In this document: piece after piece, positions 35,993 through 43,339 of the stretch
How the letters are laid out: each line of letters begins with the position of its first letter
How positions within the stretch are numbered: position 1 is the first letter of the stretch
Assembly: GCA_964467175.1 (NCBI GenBank)
Contig: CAYXNY010000038.1
Location: 1-55,129 of the forward strand
Reading direction: 5' to 3'
From: Candidatus Micrarchaeota archaeon
GTDB lineage: Archaea > Micrarchaeota > Micrarchaeia > Anstonellales > J096
Length of the DNA: 55,129 nucleotides
Notes under the pieces: generated by a model
What the model saw: only the letters and a program-made list of their open reading frames with translations
Database searches by the model: none
Told to the model about the DNA's origin: nothing
Position numbers and translations under genes: made by a program

Positions 35993-37125
35993 ACCTCTCC
36001 TACAACCCTCAGCTCGGCAGGTATTTTACATTCGAACCCAGCAAATCCAAACCCATCTACAACTGGTTCTATTACAAAGAGGCTTTCAGCCCAGAGCTTG
36101 TTTTTTATTTTATTGAAAAATGGAAGCCAAAAAAAATCCTAGACCCGTTCTGCGGAATAGGAACAACCCTTCTTGCTTCTAAGGAAAAAAACATTCCGGC
36201 TCGGGGAATTGACGCTTCCCCGCTCGCGGTTTTTGTTAGTAAAGTAAAAACAGAGCATTATACTGAAAAGGATGCGGAAGAGGGGGAAAGAATTTTGCGC
36301 GAATTTTTTGAGGCTCGTTTTTCCCCCTCCTATGAATGGGAGTTCGAGCTTTTCTCCCCAAAAAAATTCTTCCCCCCGCGCAACTACAACGATGTTGTTT
36401 TCATCCGCGAGAAAATAGAAAAATTGGAAAACGAAAAGCTCCGGGGCCTCTTCCTTCTTGCTCTCCTCTCCATTCTTCCCCAGTGCGGGCTTTTCATAAA
36501 GGACGGCGGGGTTCTGAAATTCTCAAAGGAGAAAAGGGCGATGCCTGCGAAGGAGGCATTCAGGAGAAAGGTTAAGAGAATGCTTAAGGAAGCAAAGGAA
36601 ACAAAGCCAGGAGATGTTTTTGTTGAAGAAGGGGACGCGAGGGCCATAGAGTTTGGGGATGCCCAATTCGATGGAATAATAACCTCCCCGCCGTACCTCA
36701 ACAACATAGATTACACGAAGGTTTATGGGCTTGAGCTTTCCCTGCTCACGATGGACAAAAACATAACCTCTATTGCCAGGGCGAAAAGCTTCCGCTCGTT
36801 CATAACAAAGGAAACAAAAGCAAAAGAGACCCCGCCAGAGGTTGAGGAATACGCATCCCTGCCCATAGTTCCGGCGTATTTTGAGGACAGCAAAAGAGTT
36901 TTTGAAAACCTTTACCGGGTGCTTGAGAATGGAGGGAAGGTCGCCTATGTTGTAGGCAATGCCGTAATCCACGAAACGCACATTCCTGTTGATGAGATTC
37001 TCTGCCGGATTGCTGAAAAAATCGGTTTTGAGGCAGAAATACTCGTCGGGCTAGAGAGATGGGCCGATGTGAAGCCAGCAAAAATAAAAACAAGGGAAAG
37101 CGTTGTTATGCTTGAAAAAATTTAG
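35989..37125 (+). CDS. SAM-dependent N4/N6 methyltransferase (SPPY type), orphan
   Basis: Motif I DPFCGIGTT lies upstream of motif IV TSPPY. No adjacent endonuclease. ATGA overlap with the upstream gene. Confidence 0.65.
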   Translation: MNLSYNPQLGRYFTFEPSKSKPIYNWFYYKEAFSPELVFYFIEKWKPKKILDPFCGIGTTLLASKEKNIPARGIDASPLAVFVSKVKTEHYTEKDAEEGERILREFFEARFSPSYEWEFELFSPKKFFPPRNYNDVVFIREKIEKLENEKLRGLFLLALLSILPQCGLFIKDGGVLKFSKEKRAMPAKEAFRRKVKRMLKEAKETKPGDVFVEEGDARAIEFGDAQFDGIITSPPYLNNIDYTKVYGLELSLLTMDKNITSIARAKSFRSFITKETKAKETPPEVEEYASLPIVPAYFEDSKRVFENLYRVLENGGKVAYVVGNAVIHETHIPVDEILCRIAEKIGFEAEILVGLERWADVKPAKIKTRESVVMLEKI

Positions 37126-38201
37126 CAAACAACTTCAGTGTTTTTGACCGCCACCTCAACAACTTTCCAATCTATTTTCTTCTCCTCATTTTTCACATCT
37201 GAAAGTTTTGCCGCTGTTGCCGGCTTCTTTTTTGTGAACGCGCAGAACTCCGGGATGCTGGAGGAAAGCTCGTAGGTCCCTATATTTTTTGCTATTTCCA
37301 CTATCTCCTGCTTGTCAAAGCCGAGCAAAGGCCTGAGAATGATTTTTTCGCTCGCAGCGTCTATAACAGCAAGGTTTTTCAGCGTCTGCGAGGAAACCTG
37401 CCCTATGCTCTCCCCGGTTACTATTCCATCATACCCCTTGAACGAATTTGCAATTCTGTAAAGCACTCTCTTAAAAACAACCTGCCTGTACTTCTCTTTG
37501 CATTCTACTATCTGTTTGTTTATCTCTTTCCCATCGACAATAAAAAGCTTCGCGTTGAGGAACCATTCTCCATTAAGTTTTCTGAAAACTCTTATAACAT
37601 TTTCTTTTATGCTTTCATTGAAGGAATAGAAAAGAAAATCGACCTTCACCCCTCTCTTCGCAACCATCCATGCAGAAACGGGCGAATCTATCCCTCCTGA
37701 AAAAAGCGCGAGGGCTTTCCCCTCGCTTCCGTACGGCATCCCGCCCGGCCCCCTTTTCTCATCAAACAGAATGTACGCTCCGCCTCTTCGAACCTCCACA
37801 ACAATCTCTTCATCGTAGGATTTCACGCCGAGCTTCATTCCTTCCCCCTCAAGCTCGCGCGCTATTGCCTTTGCCGTTTCTATTGAAGTTCCAGGAAAGG
37901 TTTTGTCCGCCCTATTCACTTCTATTTTATACACCTTGTTTTTTTCGAGCGCATCAAAAATCCTAGCCGCGATCGTTTCCAAATTTTTTTCGCACATAAT
38001 AGCTTTGCAGTAACTTGAAACCCCAAAAATTCTTCGCAGGACCTCTCCATTTTCAGAATAAACAACTATCCTCCCATCCTCCCTGCCAACCCTTGCTTTT
38101 CTTTCATAAGCATTCTTTATGTTTGAGATGAGAACATTCTCCATTCTCGCCCTTACAGGTCTGCTCTTTATGCCTAGCTCAGAATATTTTACTACAAACA
38201 T
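37122..38201 (-). CDS. thiI: tRNA 4-thiouridine synthase ThiI (THUMP + PP-loop)
   Basis: PP-loop ALFSGGIDSPVSAW and an N-terminal THUMP-like region. Confidence 0.85.
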   Translation of the reverse strand: MFVVKYSELGIKSRPVRARMENVLISNIKNAYERKARVGREDGRIVVYSENGEVLRRIFGVSSYCKAIMCEKNLETIAARIFDALEKNKVYKIEVNRADKTFPGTSIETAKAIARELEGEGMKLGVKSYDEEIVVEVRRGGAYILFDEKRGPGGMPYGSEGKALALFSGGIDSPVSAWMVAKRGVKVDFLFYSFNESIKENVIRVFRKLNGEWFLNAKLFIVDGKEINKQIVECKEKYRQVVFKRVLYRIANSFKGYDGIVTGESIGQVSSQTLKNLAVIDAASEKIILRPLLGFDKQEIVEIAKNIGTYELSSSIPEFCAFTKKKPATAAKLSDVKNEEKKIDWKVVEVAVKNTEVVC

Positions 38202-39329
38202 CTACTCATACCTTTTGCTCCACATCTCGCCTGCGAGTTTTCCTTCATACATAAATTCCCCAAGCTTTTCCCGGGCCTTCTCCTTGCTCTCCCTGTGCCT
38301 TTCCAAAAATTCGCAGACCTTGTCTATCAATATCTGCTTAAGCTCTCCCGTAAGCATCTTTCCGCTCCTGTACTCCTCCTCTATTTTTTTCAGCTTTCCA
38401 TCATCCGGCTCGAAGAATATTTTCAGCCATTGGAAGGAAACATCAACATCAGGATTGCCGCCTTTTTTTCTATGCTCCTCCACGGTCGCCTGGCCTCCGC
38501 TGAATGCGTATTTCATTATTTTATTCTTAACCTTTTTCTCGTCGTCGCTAAGCCATATCGCGCTCTCTGCCTGGCTTGAGCTCATCTTACCGGCAATTCC
38601 ATGCAAAGGAGGGAAGAATTTCGAGTGGATGGCTGCGGTTTTGTAATACCCCAAACCCTCCGCAATATCCCTTTGTATTCTCCAGTACGGGTCCTGGTCT
38701 ATCGCCGCAGGTATGAGGCAGATTCTCTTCTCAAACATCGTCGGGAATACCTGGTAAGCAGGGTAGAAGATCATCCCTATGTTTGTTTCGTTCGTGAAGC
38801 CAAAAACTGCCTTTGCAGTGCTGAAAGTAATTTTCTTCGCTATTTTTATTATGAGCGGGTAGGCGTTCGCTACGTACTCCGTATCCCTGAAAATAAAAGT
38901 TCTGTCCGGGTCAAAACCGACCGCCGCGATATCCAGAATATTGTCTATCGTGTATTTCTCGATCTCATTCCATTCAGCATCTTTTTTATACAGAAATTTT
39001 TCATCATCAGTAACTTCTATGTACACGTTCACTTTGAACTTCTCCTGAAGCCACTTTGTAAAAATCATAGGGATGAGATGGCCAAGATGCATCGGCCCTG
39101 ATGGGCCTCTTCCGGTATAAAGAAAGAACCCCTTTCCTTCTTTATAATGCTTCAAAACTACATCCATGTCCCTGTGTGAATAAAAATAACCCCTCCTGAG
39201 CATTACATTATCCCCGGCAATTCTCACTATTTCAGCCTTCAGTTCAGGAGTCAGCGGATAGGTTCCGAATTCCTTTATCAGTTTATTGTAATCTATCTCC
39301 CCGCTTACCTCCCAAGGAGTTACTTTCAT
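38202..39329 (-). CDS. trpS: tryptophanyl-tRNA synthetase (archaeal/eukaryotic type)
   Basis: YTGRGPSGPMHLGHL (HIGH) and KMSSS (KMSKS). Start chosen at ATG 39329 (MKVTPWEV); the longer ORF extends to 39347. Confidence 0.8.
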   Translation of the reverse strand: MKVTPWEVSGEIDYNKLIKEFGTYPLTPELKAEIVRIAGDNVMLRRGYFYSHRDMDVVLKHYKEGKGFFLYTGRGPSGPMHLGHLIPMIFTKWLQEKFKVNVYIEVTDDEKFLYKKDAEWNEIEKYTIDNILDIAAVGFDPDRTFIFRDTEYVANAYPLIIKIAKKITFSTAKAVFGFTNETNIGMIFYPAYQVFPTMFEKRICLIPAAIDQDPYWRIQRDIAEGLGYYKTAAIHSKFFPPLHGIAGKMSSSQAESAIWLSDDEKKVKNKIMKYAFSGGQATVEEHRKKGGNPDVDVSFQWLKIFFEPDDGKLKKIEEEYRSGKMLTGELKQILIDKVCEFLERHRESKEKAREKLGEFMYEGKLAGEMWSKRYE

Positions 39330-39366
39330 AAAATAAAATGAAAACAAAAGTTTTTATTAATGGCTG

Positions 39367-40137
39367 TTATCCTCTTACTGAAATGGGCTTTTCATAAAAG
39401 CTTTTCATGGCATTTATCGCCTTATTCCTGACATTTACATTCTTTATGGTTCTAAGGTTTTTTTCTACTCTATCCCAATCAATTCCCGCATCCTTCTCCT
39501 TTGCTATCCCAACAAGATTTTTCACATCTACATAATCCTTTTCCCTACCTTTCGCGAGCTTTATTGCGATCAAATCCTCCATTCTCAAAACCCTTGCCCT
39601 CAATTCAGAGAGAGCGCGCGAATGTTTTATAGTTACCTCGACAGCACTCTCGTACATCACACCTGCTCTTTCCGGAGAGATGTGCTCCAAATCGCCCAGT
39701 TTTGTGAATATATTCAGATGGATTTCAGCACTTTTGACCTCGTTTCTACCGTTTAAGTAATCCACCTTTAGAACAGGCCTTTTCGCGCCGTTCCTTGCAA
39801 CAGTAATCGAGAAAACCGCATTGTTGGTTATAAAAGAAGCGCCACTGAGCTCGTTTATACTCTCTCCTATTTTTATGTTTTCTGCGCCAAGAACAACTAA
39901 ATCGTAGTCGTCTGTTTTTCTCAAAAACCTACCGCTCCCCTCAACCCCAACAAGGGCGATACTATGCACCTGAACCGCGACTCCGCCAACTAAAATCGGA
40001 GTATATCCAAACCTTTCAAAAGCTTCAATAACTACCCTAAGCACATCGAAGTAGTAGTCATCCAATAGTGTATATTTTTGTTCTTTCATGATAATATAGG
40101 GCGAAGAAGTATTTTTAAACATATCGTTTTTATCCAA
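39367..40137 (-). CDS. nucleotidyltransferase-fold protein (AbiEii-like)
   Basis: LVGGVAVQVHS...RKTDDYDLVV resembles the GG..A...H / R.T.D.D pattern of AbiEii-type NTases. Weak call. Confidence 0.4.
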   Translation of the reverse strand: MDKNDMFKNTSSPYIIMKEQKYTLLDDYYFDVLRVVIEAFERFGYTPILVGGVAVQVHSIALVGVEGSGRFLRKTDDYDLVVLGAENIKIGESINELSGASFITNNAVFSITVARNGAKRPVLKVDYLNGRNEVKSAEIHLNIFTKLGDLEHISPERAGVMYESAVEVTIKHSRALSELRARVLRMEDLIAIKLAKGREKDYVDVKNLVGIAKEKDAGIDWDRVEKNLRTIKNVNVRNKAINAMKSFYEKPISVRG

Positions 40138-40192
40138 AAACTATAACATATCCGCCAGATAGCGTTTAAAACTTTTGTTTTCAAAAAACCTC

Positions 40193-40660
40193 ATGGAACT
40201 ATTCACCGTAAGCAGCTCTCCGAAAAAACACCTTGCCATAATCTGGCTGGTTACCGCAGCCTTGCTTATATTCTTCCTTGCGCTTTCGAGGATTTTTGAT
40301 GCCCCCCTATGGCTTTATCTTCTTGTGCTGGTACTGGCGTTGGTTGCAAGCGCATTTGCAGTGGTATACGCAAAAACAATAACACTCGCGCTTAAAGAGA
40401 ACGAAATTCTATTCGCAAGGGGCATCCTCACCCGGAGCACCACGACGATACGCTACAACAGAATAGACAATGTAAAGAAAATAAGGAGCATTTTTGATAT
40501 GGTTCTTGGTCTGGGCACTTTGGAAATAGATACGCCTGGAAAAATAGAGCGCGAAATTTTTATAAAAAACTTGGATATAAATGACCTGCTTAAAGTTCGC
40601 GATCTCTTGTCTGAGAAGATGAAGGGAGAGTATGATTTTTACAAAACCAGAAAGGACTGA
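40193..40660 (+). CDS. membrane-flanked PH-domain protein (bPH_2 / YdbS-like)
   Basis: Two TM helices then ...RYNRIDNV...SIFDMVLGLGTLEIDT..., typical of the family. Confidence 0.6.
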   Translation: MELFTVSSSPKKHLAIIWLVTAALLIFFLALSRIFDAPLWLYLLVLVLALVASAFAVVYAKTITLALKENEILFARGILTRSTTTIRYNRIDNVKKIRSIFDMVLGLGTLEIDTPGKIEREIFIKNLDINDLLKVRDLLSEKMKGEYDFYKTRKD

Positions 40661-41075
40661 GGAGATTTTCCAGCTCGGGATCGGAAGAGAAACAGAAAAA
40701 GGGCTTGGGCTCCACAGCATAGAAGCGGCGTATCTCGTAAAAAAAGGAATAATAAAAACAAAGAAAAGTTTTGAAAAGCTTATAGCCGGCAATGAGGATG
40801 GGTACGCGGTTTACGAGGATCTGCGGAGCAAGGGATATGTTGTGAGGCTGAGCGAAGGAAGCGAATTTTTCAGGATAAACAGAAAGGGCTTCAGAAAAAA
40901 TGAGGAAAGGACAACCTATATCCTTAAAGTTATAAAATCGCCGTTTTCTCTGAGCGAAAAGGAGCTTTTCGATGACCTTCAAATTTCTGTGAAGATGAGG
41001 AAGCAGCTTGTTTATGCAATTGTAGCTGGAAAGGAAATAAAATACATTACTTTTGGGAGGATGACATTTCCTTAA
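40632..41075 (+). CDS. tRNA-splicing endonuclease-like protein, probably a non-catalytic (structural) subunit
   Basis: By-eye alignment to M. jannaschii EndA from memory. IEAAYLVKKG matches LVEALYLINLG and YAVYEDLRSKGYVV matches LVYKDLRTRGYIV. The catalytic Tyr and His positions read N and R/T; the Lys (MRKQL) is retained. Confidence 0.6.
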   Translation: MIFTKPERTEEIFQLGIGRETEKGLGLHSIEAAYLVKKGIIKTKKSFEKLIAGNEDGYAVYEDLRSKGYVVRLSEGSEFFRINRKGFRKNEERTTYILKVIKSPFSLSEKELFDDLQISVKMRKQLVYAIVAGKEIKYITFGRMTFP

Positions 41076-42000
41076 TCATCTCTTTTAATTCGGGCGAATA
41101 AACAATTCTATACGACCCCATATCTTTTTGCTCCAGCCCACTTACTAAGGTTGCGTCCCAACCATAAAAAATGTGGCTTGTATCTGAAATCTCGGCTATA
41201 ACAATATCCCACGGACTCTTTCTAAAACCTAAAAGAAAAATTGCGCTCGCCCAATCTTGCTCGAATGGGCGGGGCGGAATTCTAAAATACTTAAGATATT
41301 CCTGTGCCGGTACATAGCCTTCTTCCTCCCCTTCTCCAGCAGGATATGCCGCGTTGTTGTCATACACCTTACCATCCAAATAGACCGCCGCATGCCAACC
41401 ATAACGCATTCCACCCACTAGAATGATGCTGTCTACCTCTCCGCTTTCCTTAAAATATCCGGGGAGTATCCCGAAATACAGCGGATCTAAGCCCTTATTC
41501 TTCATCAAAGTATACATCACAACAGCGTATGGAAAACATATTGAGGAACCACCTATGGCATCGCTAAATGTTATAATTTGTTTTGTGCTATAATCATCAC
41601 TCTGCTTCCAAGCAGTTATCAGCTTCTTCCCAACATCCCCCCAGTTTCCACTCCCCTTGTACCCAAGCTCTACTAAAATACTATCTATAAGCGGTGAGCG
41701 GAGGATTTCAACTCCTTGTGAAGGCAGTTCTCTTCTCAATTCTGTTATGTAAAAAGTATCTGCAGAGTTTTTTGTTTTTTCAGCCTCCCCTGCGAGAGAG
41801 TCAAGCCGTTCAGAGAGTTTAGGGTCTATCCAGCTCCAATACGAAGGGTCGAGTTCCCTAACCCTTATTGTTTCTCCAGTAAGCACGTTAACAAGTACTT
41901 TGACTTCTGGTCCTTTTTTTATTGTGTCAGAAGAAGAATCTAGTTTGTTTGGTAAAAGAAACGAAAGAGAGGCCATGGTTGCGAGCATAAGTTTTTTCAT
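41047..42000 (-). CDS. secreted protein, possible transglutaminase-like Cys-His-Asp core
   Basis: Signal peptide. GGSSICFPYAVVMYTLMKNKG (Cys) and YGWHAAVYLDGKVYDNN (His/Asp). Pattern match only. Confidence 0.5.
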   Translation of the reverse strand: MKKLMLATMASLSFLLPNKLDSSSDTIKKGPEVKVLVNVLTGETIRVRELDPSYWSWIDPKLSERLDSLAGEAEKTKNSADTFYITELRRELPSQGVEILRSPLIDSILVELGYKGSGNWGDVGKKLITAWKQSDDYSTKQIITFSDAIGGSSICFPYAVVMYTLMKNKGLDPLYFGILPGYFKESGEVDSIILVGGMRYGWHAAVYLDGKVYDNNAAYPAGEGEEEGYVPAQEYLKYFRIPPRPFEQDWASAIFLLGFRKSPWDIVIAEISDTSHIFYGWDATLVSGLEQKDMGSYRIVYSPELKEMIKEMSSSQK

Positions 42001-42052
42001 ATGTTAGATTATGTAGATAAATATTTAAAAACTATTGCGCAAAAAGACAGTT

Positions 42053-42889
42053 ATGGAAGCAACATATGTGTTAAGGCCATATGAAGAAAAAGGGTCGTAC
42101 AAAGAAAAGATAAAAGGCGGTGAAGCGACATTCTACCCGTGCAAGGGCCGGGTGAATGGTGCTTTCGATGTTGAGGCCGGCTATCTTCTCATCACTGGCG
42201 ATAGGGAGAAACTAGAATACGAGCCGGGGTATTACAGATATATTAAAGTTAATCTAAACGGCGAGCCGTTTTTTCGTGCGCAAAAAATTTCAGATGACAC
42301 AGCCACTCAGGAGATTGAAAATTTGAAAAGTTCAAGAATCGACATTATTATAACGCCCCGGTACAAAGATTTGAAGGAGGATGATTTTTGCAAGGACTTT
42401 GTGGCGAAAGGAATAAATGTTGAAAAGAAAAATATTAGTTTCAAGATCTCGGCTTCGCATATGTCCGAACTTCCGCTTTATGATTACGGTGATTTTTATT
42501 TTGCCAATGCTGCATCATTCCATGGATATAAGGTGAAAAGTCCTGGAATGGTTGTTACTATAGATGATATAGTCAATAGTAAAAAGAACTATTACTTTGT
42601 CTGCACTTCTTACGAAGATGAAAAGGGCGGAGGGAGCAGTCTTGTTGTCCGCGGTCTTTTAGAAGGCGAAAATTTAATGTTTCTCAAAATACCAGAAGAA
42701 AAAGAACGCATTTGGGAAAACATTTTCGAAATTTACACGGCCATTGATAAATACTACTCTCTCGCAGTTTTTTCCACCAATTTGCCCACAGGTGTCACCC
42801 CCTTAAGTATTTCTAACACGATGCGCAAATTTTATGAGGGCAAAATGCTTTCGAGGGAGGAAGACCCGATCATTTTCTCAACGCGGTAA
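42053..42889 (+). CDS. hypothetical protein
   Basis: ORF taken from its first ATG. A/T-rich. No motif recognised. Confidence 0.5.
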   Translation: MEATYVLRPYEEKGSYKEKIKGGEATFYPCKGRVNGAFDVEAGYLLITGDREKLEYEPGYYRYIKVNLNGEPFFRAQKISDDTATQEIENLKSSRIDIIITPRYKDLKEDDFCKDFVAKGINVEKKNISFKISASHMSELPLYDYGDFYFANAASFHGYKVKSPGMVVTIDDIVNSKKNYYFVCTSYEDEKGGGSSLVVRGLLEGENLMFLKIPEEKERIWENIFEIYTAIDKYYSLAVFSTNLPTGVTPLSISNTMRKFYEGKMLSREEDPIIFSTR

Positions 42890-42961
42890 TGTTTTAAACT
42901 CCTCTACTCTTTAATTTTCTCAGGGCCCGTAGCTCAACTTGGACAGAGCGCTCGGCTTCGG

Positions 42962-42986
42962 ATGCACTCTCCTAAAAGCAGGAGCG
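42962..42986 (+). other. tRNA-Arg intron 1 (anticodon loop 37/38)
   Basis: 25-nt insert with hairpin CTCC-TAAAAGCA-GGAG. The boundary can slide by 1 nt. Confidence 0.65.
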
Positions 42987-43008
42987 ACCGAGCGGTTGGG
43001 GGTTCAAA

Positions 43009-43060
43009 GAACCTTTCTTCGGGTTGCCAAGAAAGGTTTCATCCAAAGAAGGTTTGAAAC
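43009..43060 (+). other. tRNA-Arg intron 2 (T-loop 59/60), canonical BHB
   Basis: 50 of 52 nt are identical to tRNA-Ser intron 2. TTCA(43003-06)/TGAA(43055-58), bulges AAG and ACT, AACCTT(43010-15)/AAGGTT(43049-54). Confidence 0.8.
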
Positions 43061-43075
43061 TCCCCTCGGGCTCGC

Positions 43076-43339
43076 ATGCAGTCGCAGAAAGAAAGGGCAG
43101 AAAAAGACATAATAATGCTTTCGAAGCTTTTAGAGTATTTTATGAATTCTGGGCTGGACAAAAAATATCCGGATGCTTTTGAATGGGCTAAAAACTACTA
43201 TGCCGATGCCGGGCACTACTACAAAAAAAAGGACTATTTCTCCTCTTTCGGATGTGCAAACTACGGATACGGAATTCTAGATTGCGTTTTGATAAACGAG
43301 AAGATAAAGGAAAAGGTTTTGAAAGAGCTAGGGCTCTAG
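43076..43339 (+). CDS. small DUF357-like protein
   Basis: Pattern ...YYADAGHYYKKKDYFSSFGCANYGYGILD resembles the archaeal DUF357 family. Weak call. Confidence 0.4.
   Translation: MQSQKERAEKDIIMLSKLLEYFMNSGLDKKYPDAFEWAKNYYADAGHYYKKKDYFSSFGCANYGYGILDCVLINEKIKEKVLKELGL

Larger units (their letters stand above)
42923..43074 (+). tRNA. tRNA-Arg(UCG) with two introns
   Basis: Acceptor GGGCCCG/CGGGCTC plus G. D arm GCTC/GAGC. Anticodon stem CTCGG/CCGAG with spliced loop CTTCGGA. T arm GGGGG-TTCAAAT-CCCCT after excision. Confidence 0.85.
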
